A stretch of DNA of 64,000 nucleotides from an uncultured Nitrososphaerales archaeon (lineage in GTDB: Archaea; Thermoproteota; Nitrososphaeria; Nitrososphaerales; Nitrososphaeraceae): contig CAVPXM010000063.1 in the NCBI GenBank assembly GCA_963709405.1, forward strand, positions 160,001-224,000. Reading direction: 5' to 3'. Position 1 is the first letter of the stretch, and each line of letters starts with the position of its first letter. Position numbers and translations under genes: made by a program. The notes beneath the pieces are model-generated. The model had not been told where the DNA came from, did not search any database, and saw only the letters and a list, made by a program, of their open reading frames with translations. Of this stretch, positions 41,835 to 52,334 are shown piece by piece.

Positions 41835-43475
41835 TTAGAATCTTTTTTTAAGCTGCAGAATCAAGGAACTAGCATATACAAATAACGAGGCAATAATCCC
41901 GGAATAACCAATGACTGGGTGAGTTGATAAGATAATTGCAGATCCAAAGAAGAGAGCTGATGCAAAGATAGCTGGTCCTAAGAGGGCATAACTCTTCTGT
42001 GAACTTGTCCTATCGGGTACTTGATGTTGCTCGAGATATGACTTCACAATTGGTGCCATAGTAGAATATGTTTCGATCCCTTTTGCAAATCTTTTCAAAT
42101 AGTCCTTAGCTTCTTCCATATACGCCTCTTTAAGAAGGCCCTCTTCTTCAAACAGATTGGCAAGAACCTTAACAAAATAAAATTTAATCTTATGATGTTG
42201 GTAAATCCCCTCGAGGATCGAACCCATACGTATGTATAATGCGAGATTCTTAGGCAATCTGAAAGGAAACCTTGTTAAAGTTTTATTGGATAATTCCATC
42301 AGAGCGTTGACCTGCATTCTGTCAACCTGTTTCCCATGGATTGATCTAATACTCAGATCAAGTGCCCTCTCAACGATATAGCGATTCACATTAGGTTCCA
42401 AAGTATCTAGCTCTACTAAAACGTTGACTGCCCGCGCAGCATCTTTTTCTATCAGGCTAAGATACAATCTTATGAGTTTTAGACGCGTCTCGGCGTCTAA
42501 TCTGCCCACCATTCCAAAATCATAGAGGATCAGTTCCCCATTTTCTCCGACTGAAATATTACCGGGATGCGGATCTGCATGGAAGATACTGTGACGGAGT
42601 AACATCTTAAAAAAGACGTGGTGAACCTTAACAATTAACTTCTCTCGATCAATGCCCATTGCGTCCAATGAATCGATGTCGGTAATCTTTATGCCCGGCA
42701 TGTATTCCATAGTTATTACATGTTTTGAAGTCAGTTCAGATATGACATTTGGAATAATTATTGACCTATCGCCTCGTAAATTGTGCTTTATAGTAGCCAG
42801 ATTCTGTGCCTCGACCCTATAATCCATTTCCTCATTTATTGTCTCGATAAATTGTGCAAGCATAGCGTCAAAAGAGAATCGTAGATTAGGATCAATGAAT
42901 CGACTAGCAAGTGGCAAAATCCTTTTTAAAATGTAAATATCCTTTCCGACCGTCTCCTCAATCTCAGGTCTAGTAACTTTTACTATTACTTGTTTTCCTT
43001 TATATTTTGCCAAATGTACTTGCCCTAGACTTGCTCCTGAAAGAGCTGAGGTAGTGAATTGTTCATATCTGGTCTCGATAGTTCCCAAGTCCGCTTCTAT
43101 AATTGGCTTAACCTTAGAAAATTCAACAGGTGGGACTTCATCTTGTAATTTTGATAAGATCTCTAGATACGGTTGGGGTAAAATGTCAGCTCTAGTTGAA
43201 AGCCATTGTCCTAATTTGATATAGGATGGGCCAAGATCAATGAAGGTTTTGAGTGCTCGGCGTGCGTGTCTGATGTATTTCTGTTCATCAATGTCCTTTC
43301 CTTGTGTTTTGACCCATTCTCGTCTGTCCTTTCTAAAACTAATAATGACTGGTAATAGTCTCAAAATGACTGTCAAAATGTAAAATTTCGAAACCTTTCG
43401 TTCAATACCTATGTCGGGTCTATCATTTATGCGATTTTGAATTAACCCACTTTTAGATGAACTTTTTTTGCCCAT
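41835..43475 (-). CDS. AarF/UbiB/ABC1 family atypical kinase
   Basis: LGPSYIKLGQ, ASLGQVH, FHADPHPGN, YDFGMVG, C-terminal transmembrane helices. Confidence 0.95.
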   Translation of the reverse strand: MGKKSSSKSGLIQNRINDRPDIGIERKVSKFYILTVILRLLPVIISFRKDRREWVKTQGKDIDEQKYIRHARRALKTFIDLGPSYIKLGQWLSTRADILPQPYLEILSKLQDEVPPVEFSKVKPIIEADLGTIETRYEQFTTSALSGASLGQVHLAKYKGKQVIVKVTRPEIEETVGKDIYILKRILPLASRFIDPNLRFSFDAMLAQFIETINEEMDYRVEAQNLATIKHNLRGDRSIIIPNVISELTSKHVITMEYMPGIKITDIDSLDAMGIDREKLIVKVHHVFFKMLLRHSIFHADPHPGNISVGENGELILYDFGMVGRLDAETRLKLIRLYLSLIEKDAARAVNVLVELDTLEPNVNRYIVERALDLSIRSIHGKQVDRMQVNALMELSNKTLTRFPFRLPKNLALYIRMGSILEGIYQHHKIKFYFVKVLANLFEEEGLLKEAYMEEAKDYLKRFAKGIETYSTMAPIVKSYLEQHQVPDRTSSQKSYALLGPAIFASALFFGSAIILSTHPVIGYSGIIASLFVYASSLILQLKKRF

Positions 43476-43557
43476 TAGAAATCAGTCTGAAAATAAGAAT
43501 TATAAATTATGTTCTAGGCTGTTGCACATAGATGAAACATAGGTCATCTTAGTTTGT

Positions 43558-43857
43558 TCATTCTGAATCAAAATTGTGAATTAGATTTTTAGCGGCCTTA
43601 AAACAAGAAGCAGCGATTGCAATAGTAGCCAAATATTCTGGCGCGTCCACAACCAAGTGGCCAATTGGATCCTTCCTGGGATCTATCTTATCCATATGGA
43701 CGGCATAGTAATCTAAATACTCCCTGATATGCAAATTTTTATATCGATATTGCTTTAACGCTTGTTTGCGATTACCTAGGGAGGTCTCGTCATATTCCAC
43801 AATTGGCCTAACCGTTCTAGGTACTAAAATACTTCCATCTTCATCAACGAAATCCAC
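43558..43857 (-). CDS. Conserved hypothetical protein
   Basis: QYR..LHIREY...VHMDKIDPRKDPIGHLVVDAPE, a recurrent archaeal small-protein pattern. Confidence 0.75.
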   Translation of the reverse strand: MDFVDEDGSILVPRTVRPIVEYDETSLGNRKQALKQYRYKNLHIREYLDYYAVHMDKIDPRKDPIGHLVVDAPEYLATIAIAASCFKAAKNLIHNFDSE

Positions 43858-44261
43858 AACGAAAAAAGGAACATGACTGAATATAAAATTAACCGTTCAC
43901 GTTAGGTTGATGCTCGGATATGTAGATTGGCTAGCGAATGAGCAGAATAGGGATACAATTTTCAATCGCTTTGCTGTCTTAATCTCTATTGGAAAGCAAT
44001 TGCATGCCTATGCCAAAACTGACACGAAACGTACCCATCTTCATAGCCTAACTAGTTTTGCCCAGGGAGAATCAATTAGGACATACGCAACGATTTCTAT
44101 GGTCTGGGTATGGTATATTCTGGAATCATAATTCGGGTATTCGGGTTATGAAAGTCGTAATATGAAAGTATGAGTTAGTGGTTATTAGTTGTGTGGATAG
44201 TTCACCTTAATCATTATTCAGAAAGCCAAAAATATACAAATTGTGCATACGTTAGTCTTAC

Positions 44262-44816
44262 ATGACTTTTCGAGGCATGAGCCACGATCTATCCGAAAAA
44301 ATTAGCATATTGGAATCAAAGATAGTGTATTCTGGCGATGTTTGTGTAAGACTTGATAAATTACTCTTTGATCAAAAAATAATTAATGCGGAAATAGTAG
44401 ATCACTCGCCGTCAGTTGGCATAATTCCTGTTACCGATGATAATGACATATTTTTAGTATTACAATATCGTCATGCAATAGGCAGAAACCTGTTAGAAAT
44501 TCCTGCTGGAAAAATTGAAAAGGGCGAATCGCCGGAACAGGCAGCCATTAGGGAGATGAAAGAAGAGATCGGGTATACTGGAAATGTATATCCCTTTATT
44601 CAGCTCTGTCTGGCACCTGGCTATGATACGGAACGGATGTACATATTTGTCGCAAGGGATCTAAAGATTGAATACGCAGTTCATGACGACGATGAAAAAA
44701 TCATCGTAAAAAGGCTAAAGTTTGCTGATGCTGTCGAAAAATCCTTGAACGGGGAGATCGTAGATTCTAAAACTATAGCTTCGATACTCGCTTATAGGGC
44801 GCGCTATCCTAGTTGA
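44262..44816 (+). CDS. NUDIX hydrolase (ADP-ribose pyrophosphatase-like)
   Basis: QYR..LEIPAGKIEKGESPEQAAIREMKEEIG Nudix box; DSKT. Confidence 0.93.
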   Translation: MTFRGMSHDLSEKISILESKIVYSGDVCVRLDKLLFDQKIINAEIVDHSPSVGIIPVTDDNDIFLVLQYRHAIGRNLLEIPAGKIEKGESPEQAAIREMKEEIGYTGNVYPFIQLCLAPGYDTERMYIFVARDLKIEYAVHDDDEKIIVKRLKFADAVEKSLNGEIVDSKTIASILAYRARYPS

Positions 44817-45012
44817 GCCTGATACAAAAAGCACTCTTACCTTGTTGTTAGGGAGATTCTGATCTGAGTTTGACAACCAGTGACAGAGCATTCCTATGCG
44901 ATTCGAATGTCATAAACTATCGCTAACATAGCATTCTCTATGTGAGTGGCATAGTTCCAAATTTGGATTGTCAGAAAAATAGAATGACCTATAATAATCA
45001 TTTCAATTCTGC

Positions 45013-45744
45013 TTACGGCCTAGGGCTGTGCTTATGCATATGCATCTGCATAGTTGATTCCGAGTACGCGCTCAGCGCATCTGCGTTTTCAATGAACTCA
45101 TCTGTATTTCCATGAAAAAACATCTTACGATTGAGACAGGCTACTTTGTTTGCAAGTTTTAGCACAGAGTCTAGATCGTGAGAAGCCCAAACAATTGTAA
45201 TCTTATTGTCAAGGTTCAGTTTCTCAAGCAGATGATGAAACTTATTCTGGGCTTCTTGATCTATTCCCGTTGCAGGTTCATCTAATATCAACAATCTTGG
45301 GTTGTTAACGAATGCCTTTGCAATAAGTGTTCTCTGTTGTTGTCCTCCAGACAATTCACCTATTCGTCTATTTCTCTGACCATACAAGTCAACCAGCGTA
45401 AGTGCTGAAATTATTCTCTCTTTTGATGAAGGCCCGGAAACACCCAAAGAAATAATTTCCTCTACGGTTGCTGGGAAGCTAGTTTCGATCGCTCTTTTTT
45501 GTTGTATATAACCTACATTTTTTAACATTTTTTTACTTTTTCGGATATCTTCTCCAAATATTTTAATACTCCCATCATAGTCATGTAATAATCCTAACAT
45601 AGATGAAAATAAAGTGGTTTTCCCTGCTCCATTTGGACCAATTAGTCCCAAGATATCTCCCTCTTCGACTATAAATGAGATATCTTCTAAAACGCTATTT
45701 GATCCAAATCTGTACGACAGATTTTTAACCTCTATTGCATTCAA
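45013..45744 (-). CDS. Zn/Mn ABC transporter ATP-binding protein (ZnuC-like)
   Basis: GPNGAGKTT, LSGGQQQR, LILDEP, SHD, His-rich C-terminus. Confidence 0.92.
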   Translation of the reverse strand: MNAIEVKNLSYRFGSNSVLEDISFIVEEGDILGLIGPNGAGKTTLFSSMLGLLHDYDGSIKIFGEDIRKSKKMLKNVGYIQQKRAIETSFPATVEEIISLGVSGPSSKERIISALTLVDLYGQRNRRIGELSGGQQQRTLIAKAFVNNPRLLILDEPATGIDQEAQNKFHHLLEKLNLDNKITIVWASHDLDSVLKLANKVACLNRKMFFHGNTDEFIENADALSAYSESTMQMHMHKHSPRP

Positions 45745-46223
45745 ATCAATTTCTCCCTTAGATTTACGTGCATGACTGTTATGGAGGGTTGGCTGCGTGA
45801 TTCAGTACGTTGGCACGCCTTACCAGCATACAGCCTCACCACGGATTCAAACAATGCTATACATGGATATAGACAATGATAATGATATATACCTATATGG
45901 GTCAAACATTTGATTTCGAAAGGGAAATATGGACATTAGGATCGGTCGACTTCACATCATCTTCCACATTACGTTCGAGAAATTACCGACATACTAAGCA
46001 ACCTATCTGGTCTTACTCCTAATCTTTTCTTAATTTACTTTAATAACTCGTGTCCGGATATGATATGGCAAGTAGATTGTGTGACCAATTACTGAGAAAA
46101 TTTCTCGAATAACGAAAGAATCGAACCGAATCGCCTGTTAGGGAACGTAGGATTTGGTTCGGAACTGCCACTAATGCCAAACTTGGTATACAGTTATGTC
46201 TAGGCTAATGAAGAGACAAGTGT

Positions 46224-47024
46224 TTGATATTTATAGGATTGGCAAGATTCAATAGTTTGTTGCGTATTAAGAAATTTTTGTCTTCATTACCGCAATCGGT
46301 GCTTAAAGGCGATGATATTACTATTCCTTGTGGACCTGTAAGAAGACTATTTGAATTTGCTGGCCTCAGAAATACGGATGTCTTCTACCACTTAGGATGT
46401 GGAACAAGCGAGAGTGTTTCGATAGCCCGTAAGGAATTTAAGGTTAAGAAATCGATAGGCCTTGAGATTAATAAAAAAACAGCAATGCTCGCTCAGGAAA
46501 AGCTCAGAGGTCTCCAAAATGCTCAAATAATAAACGAAGATTTCAGAAGGCACAATTTGTCAGATGCAACTGTTATCTTCTTTTGGTTCACTAGTGATAG
46601 ATTGATCAAACAATTGATAAGAAAATTTGAGAGTGAACTTAAAAATGGGGCTCGCTTGATAACTATTTGGTCTCCACCTGATCTAATGATTCCCTCAAAA
46701 ATCGAATTTCCTTTTATGTTATGTCGTAAGCCATTCATATACGCACGTGACATGACCGAACAAATCACTGCAATATGTGGAAGTCCATGCATAGACTTTA
46801 CTAGATCGTGGCTTCTCGCAGAAAAGTATATCCGTAATCTTGAATCAGTCGAGGAGAGGTATCAAAGATTTGTAAATATATTCCAAAGTATGGTAATTTG
46901 GATAAATGCATGGAATACAGGCATTGCATGTGAGGACGAAATTCCGCCTCCTGTAGAATCATATATAGGAATATTGAAGGCTTTTTACAATATCGACCTT
47001 TCTAGCATGATCACAAAGAAGTGA
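46224..47024 (+). CDS. SAM-dependent methyltransferase with C-terminal helical extension
   Basis: DVFYHLGCG motif I, GLEI, LSDATVIF, ELKNGARLIT. Confidence 0.8.
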   Translation: MIFIGLARFNSLLRIKKFLSSLPQSVLKGDDITIPCGPVRRLFEFAGLRNTDVFYHLGCGTSESVSIARKEFKVKKSIGLEINKKTAMLAQEKLRGLQNAQIINEDFRRHNLSDATVIFFWFTSDRLIKQLIRKFESELKNGARLITIWSPPDLMIPSKIEFPFMLCRKPFIYARDMTEQITAICGSPCIDFTRSWLLAEKYIRNLESVEERYQRFVNIFQSMVIWINAWNTGIACEDEIPPPVESYIGILKAFYNIDLSSMITKK

Positions 47025-47200
47025 TTAGTTTGTTTTGACTAAAGATTATTCAACAAGAAATTTTTGTTAGGCGTGGCATCCTTGTCTAGAGTAGATCAAC
47101 TACATATTGCATTTCAATATTCAAAAAACCAATATTACTCACCAGCTAAACAACCAGATGGTATTCAATAAAATAAAAATAAAGGACGGATTCGAGGCAA

Positions 47201-49971
47201 TTATTTGAAAATTATTGTTTGAGTTAAGGCGCTATTGTCTCCAAAGTTTATCTGAGATCTACCATTATTCCACAGCAAGAGGTCTGTAATCTGCGAAACT
47301 GTATCATGTCTCTTAGTAAAAGGGTTCGTTCCACTTATTACCTGTCCAAGATCAGTATGATATAATGCATCTCTTGTGTTCACATTATCCAGGGTTTTTT
47401 TCAGATCTAATATCACAGCATGTTGAATACCGCCATTCGTTATGGTAGCGGCTATAATTTTCAAATTCCTACTTGGCGAATTGAGCGAAACATGGCCGCC
47501 CACGATGTGAAATGGTGTCGTATCTGTAAGTGGTAACAATGCGTTACTCTGGAATTTGTTACCGAGCTTTATTGTCTCCAAGTCTACATACGTAGAGGGC
47601 GATAATGCTATTATCTTCTTAGTGACCGTGTTTGGTTCATTTGTGACAATAACATTTTGAATATACTTTACTCTGTAAATACATGTTGCACTCGCTGAAG
47701 CTGCTCCTGCGGCTGCGGCTCCCTTGGGAGTGGCTCCAGCTCGCTGAAGCGGCAGAGGAAGCTGCTGCACCGATGTTACCGCAAGAAGCACTACTCGAAG
47801 CGGCTGCTGATGCTCCTGTCGAAGCGGCTGCTGATGCGCCTGCAGACGCTCCCGCGGATGAGGCGGCTGCTGCAGCAGCAGTTCCGGCAGCAACAGAAGA
47901 CGCCGCCGAGGCAGAAGCTCCCGCGGATGAGGCAGGCTGAGGCTGCTGCTGAGGCTACATCAGTGACTGAGCCCCCGCTGGCTGCCGCCGCTGCGGCAGC
48001 TGCAGCGGGCTGCACTACTAGCCGAACCAGATCCAGCGGATGAGGCTGCCGCTGCAGCTGAAGCTGCTGTAACTCCCGCAGTTTCGGCAGGCAAACCAGA
48101 TGAAGCTGCTGCCGGCTGCTCGCGGCTGCGCTGGATGCAGAGCCTCCACTAGCTCCAGAAGACGCTGCTGCCTGCTGCCACCGACCCCGCCGCTGATGCC
48201 GCACTGGCTGAAGCTCCGGCACTAGTGGCGGCTGCTGCGGCTGCTGCTGCTGCGGCTGCTCCTGTCGATGCCCCACTCGATGATGCTGCAGATGCCGCGG
48301 CTGCTGCAACATCACCAGTAGATGAACCACTTGCTGCCTGCTGATCCCGCAGCGGAAGCTGCTGCTGGAAGCTCGCTGCGGAAGAAGCCCCCGCCGAAGA
48401 TGCGGCTGCTGATGCTCGCTGCGGCTGCTGCGCCGGCTGAAGCTGCTGCTACCTGCTGCAGCTGCTGCAGCCGGGGTTGCACCTTTTGAGGACGCTGCTG
48501 CCGGCTGCCTGCAGCTGCTACCTCTTTTGCTGACGCACCGCTGGAGATCGCTGTTGCTGCGGCTGCCTCCGGCCTGCTGATGCAGCTTCCTTGGACGCAC
48601 CAGACGCGGTAGCGAGCTGTTGCTGCGGCTATTCCAGCCGCGGTCTTAGCAGGAGTTCCTGCCGATATGAGTGACGAAGCTACGGAAGTTCCAACCTGCG
48701 CCGGTGTTGCTCCATTTGCTGCGGCATTAGCGGCTTCGGATGCTGCAACCGATGCAATATCCGCCTTGATCTGCCCAGAGGGTAAAGCACCTTGAATTAA
48801 TGACTGTAATACACTTTGCTTAGTTACTGAACTATTATTCGTTGAGGGTTGTTGTCCTCCTTGCTCGATTGGTGCAGATAATGATGTTGCGTTATTTCCT
48901 GTCGGGGACTGCTGCGGTGAAGTAGCGTTATTTTCAGATGAGGATGGTTGCTGTGGGACGAAGGTTGGGGATGGCCCAGAAGTGTTGTTTTCAGATGAGG
49001 ATGGTTGCTGTGGGACGAAGGTTGGGGATGGCCCAGAAGTGTTGTTTTCAGATGAGGATGGTTGCTGTGGGACGAAGGTTGGGGATGGCCCAGAAGTGTT
49101 GTTTTCAGATGAGGATGGTTGCTGTGGGACGAAGGTTGGGGATGGCCCAGAAGTGTTGTTTTCAGATGAGGATGGTTGCTGTGGGACGAAGGTTGGGGAT
49201 GGCCCAGAAGTGTTGTTTTCAGATGAGGATGGTTGCTGTGGGACGAAGGTTGGGGATGGCCCAGAAGTGTTGTTTTCAGATGAGGATGGTTGCTGTGGGA
49301 CGAAGGTTGGGGATGGCCCAGAAGTGTTGTTTTCAGATGAGGATGGTTGCTGTGGGACGAAGGTTGGGGATGGCCCAGAAGTGTTGTTTTCAGATGAGGA
49401 TGGTTGTCCAGTATTTTCAGATGAGGATGGTTGCTGTGGGACGAAGGTTGGGGATGGCCCAGAAGTGTTGTTTTCAGATGAGGATGGTTGTCCACTATTT
49501 TCAGATGAGGATGGTTGCTGTGGGACGAAGGTTGGGGATGGCCCAGAAGTGTTGTTTTCAGATGAGGATGGTTGTCCAGCTATTTTCAGATGAGGATGGT
49601 TGCTGTGGGACGAAGGTTGGGGATGGCCCAGATGCCACATTTTCAGATGGGGATTGTTGCTCCGGTGCAGTACTATTAGCTTCTGTCGAAGGATTCTGCA
49701 ATGAAGATTGTTCCCCACCTAAGTTAGAAGTAGAGGACTGTTGCGGGTTGCTTTCACCAGGATTAGGTTGTTGAGAAGAGACATTATTCTCATTAGTAAC
49801 GTTGTTAGATGATGCTCCTAATGTGCCCGAATTTTCGGAAGACTTTTTTTTACTTTTGGCAATTGCTAACTCATAATGATTTAAGGGAAGGATACCTGAA
49901 ATAACAACAATTGAAATTATCATAACTGCAAACAGCTGCTTGTTCTCAGACTTCAGTAGGCTGTGTAACAC
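47201..49971 (-). CDS. Large secreted/surface protein: signal peptide, Ser/Pro/Gln/Asn tandem repeats, Ala-rich region and globular C-terminal domain; several frameshifts in this assembly
   Basis: ORFs 49558-49971, 48312-49718, 47791-48600 and 47201-47893 overlap and continue one another compositionally. Confidence 0.8.
48931..49650 (-). repeat. 57-bp tandem repeat (19 aa SSSENNTSGPSPTFVPQQP), 11 copies of the core
   Basis: GATGGCCCAGA occurs 11 times: 8 at 57-bp spacing, then spacings 84, 84 and 85. Confidence 0.97.
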
Positions 49972-50532
49972 ACTCCAAAATGGTCAAGGTGGTATAAATA
50001 CGATTCGACCATGAATTTGAAGTGTTTACACAATTATTTTGAATCGGGATGAGGTTCTAGTCATTTAAAGTCTGGTCATGCTATATAAACAGAATTTACT
50101 GCTGCTGACAGTTATACCAAAACTACCTGAATTCAACAAAAATTCAAGTGATGATGTCTTTCTAGTGCAGGTCATAAGACTTACTAATCTACTCGTCCAA
50201 AAAATAGTCAGACTATTCTAAGTACATCAAATTCCTATTAGCTGTTCAAATCTAGTAGACTGTTGTCTAGGCCACTTATTGCGACATGACGTTCAATATC
50301 AGCCTTAATTAAGTTATACCGCATCTTACCATATTTGTGCTTGAACTGCCAGACCATATTTGGTTGGAATGAAAATAGAGCAAGATCCACTCCTAACCAA
50401 TGACCAATTTTGAATAGGAATCCAGTCGGCCAATTAATCTACCGCATCTGAAGATCCATCCATCAACACGAAGATTAATTTGTATAGTCAGGTAAAATAG
50501 CCATTTTTACAAAAATTATGCCTATGATTTGC

Positions 50533-50850
50533 CTAACCCATCATGACGTAGATCCAATCGTCCTCTACCTTTGTCTGATATGCCTTTAAAGGCTCCTCGG
50601 CTGGTAAATTCAATGGAACGCCATCTCTTAATCTAAAGATAGACATGTGCAATGGACAGGTAATTGTCCTTTCATTTTCATTCAAGAATCCCATTGATAA
50701 ATCTGCATATGCATGGGTGCATATCCTATCTGTTACAAAAATTTCATTATCCACCTTGGTTAGCATAATTTTAGTGTCATTATGATCATATTCGTAAGGT
50801 TCGGAGTTCTTTAGTTCCTTAACTTTACAAATCTTTATCCATTCTGCCAT
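50533..50850 (-). CDS. Rieske-type ferredoxin
   Basis: CTHAYA and CPLH; last gene after sufB-sufD. Confidence 0.93.
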   Translation of the reverse strand: MAEWIKICKVKELKNSEPYEYDHNDTKIMLTKVDNEIFVTDRICTHAYADLSMGFLNENERTITCPLHMSIFRLRDGVPLNLPAEEPLKAYQTKVEDDWIYVMMG

Positions 50851-50865
50851 GAATTTCTACACGCC

Positions 50866-52284
50866 CTATCGATACTTGTAATGTTTCTCAAATATATCTT
50901 GAGTTTCATGATATCTAGATTTTTCTACTTCTAATATTTGAGCCATGACTTCATCAGTCCTGAGCATCAGGGACTTGCCTGTCCACTTATTTTCAATCAG
51001 ATAGTTAATCCATGCCCTGATTCCTGATCCCATCTTTCTAGACAACGGCTCCAGAAATCCATTTACAATTTCTCGCTTCGCTGATTCCAAGTTCAGCCCT
51101 CTTGACATAAGATAAAAAATCTGAGATTCATCTAACTGTGCAACAGAAGCAGAATGAGTAGCTTTAACTTCATTTGTTTCTATCTCTAGTCCGGGGATGG
51201 CATCGGATTTAGCACCTTTATCCAGTAAGATTGCGTGACCCGCAAGATACGACTCTGAACCTTTTGCTCCTTTGCCAATTTTTATCATACCTTTAAACAA
51301 CGATTTTGAAAAATCCTTCATTACTGATTTAACCAGAACTCTGCCCCTGGAATTATTTCCTTCGTGTATGAGGTTAGAGGTAACATCAAATGATTGGTCT
51401 CCTATTCCAAATATGATTTCCACATCCTCAGCCACCGACCCTGGTCCTTTCATTATGCTATCAATTTTATATCTAGATAGCTGGCTACCAAACATCCCAG
51501 AGTACCACGAGATTCTTCCATCTCTCTCAACAAATGCCTTCCTATTTGAGAAGTTCACAGACCGGCTGTCCATGGCTTGCAAGGTTACCATTTCGAGAGA
51601 TGCATTTTGGCCGATATTGCATTCCAATAGCTCAAAATACGCCTGCTGCTTCTCTATCCCGCTTGTTAGGGTCGGTGAATACATCTCCTGAACTATAGTA
51701 GCCCTCGAACAGGAATCCACCAATACAATATTTCTACTAACTGACGAAGTGCCGTTGTCGCTCAGAGAGTTGATGAGCCTAATAGGATGACTTACTGACA
51801 GATTTTTTGGAATATATACAAATAGGCCACCTCTAAAAATTGAAGCCTCGAGTGCAAGAAATTTGTCCTCAATAAAATCGAGTCTATTTGTCGTCAGTAC
51901 TTGCTTAATTTTGTCTTCAAACATTTTTAGTCCATTATTCAGATCAGTAACAATGATGCCATCCTTCAAATGAGTATTTGAAAGTAAGATTTCGTTTATG
52001 TTTGACCCAATCCTTAGAACGCTACTTCCCTCTTCCACCTCTTTCAGGCGATCACTCAGTTCTTTAAAGGGCTTGTGTGTTTCATTCTTATCTGGTAGGT
52101 AGATATTTTGAGGCCTTAAGCGATTGACGTCAGAGTATTTGGAATAAAGTGGAGAAACCTCGGCTGGAAGTGACGAGTAGTCGGCAAAAGCATCCCTTCT
52201 CATTTGAAGAAGCCAATGAGGTTCGCTATTTTCCCTTGCTATCGCTTCAACATCATCTAGACTAACGGAAGAAAGAGTTGCCAA
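50866..52284 (-). CDS. sufD: Fe-S cluster assembly protein SufD
   Basis: Beta-helix paralogue of SufB; IPGLEI..EVKATHSASV, FYLMSRG. Confidence 0.9.
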   Translation of the reverse strand: MATLSSVSLDDVEAIARENSEPHWLLQMRRDAFADYSSLPAEVSPLYSKYSDVNRLRPQNIYLPDKNETHKPFKELSDRLKEVEEGSSVLRIGSNINEILLSNTHLKDGIIVTDLNNGLKMFEDKIKQVLTTNRLDFIEDKFLALEASIFRGGLFVYIPKNLSVSHPIRLINSLSDNGTSSVSRNIVLVDSCSRATIVQEMYSPTLTSGIEKQQAYFELLECNIGQNASLEMVTLQAMDSRSVNFSNRKAFVERDGRISWYSGMFGSQLSRYKIDSIMKGPGSVAEDVEIIFGIGDQSFDVTSNLIHEGNNSRGRVLVKSVMKDFSKSLFKGMIKIGKGAKGSESYLAGHAILLDKGAKSDAIPGLEIETNEVKATHSASVAQLDESQIFYLMSRGLNLESAKREIVNGFLEPLSRKMGSGIRAWINYLIENKWTGKSLMLRTDEVMAQILEVEKSRYHETQDIFEKHYKYR

Positions 52285-52334
52285 ACCTAACTATCGATCC
52301 AATCACATGTTACTGCAAATGAACAATCTTATCA

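Noticed and set aside
48931-49650. Tandem repeat as a CRISPR array
   Set aside because: Units are contiguous with no unique spacers, and the period is a multiple of three inside a coding region.
48824-49774. Long alternative-frame ORFs (48824-49495, 48938-49774, 48982-49593) with Cys- or His-rich repeats
   Set aside because: Shadows of the 57-bp repeat, which lacks stops in several frames; only the Ser/Pro/Gln frame connects to a signal peptide.
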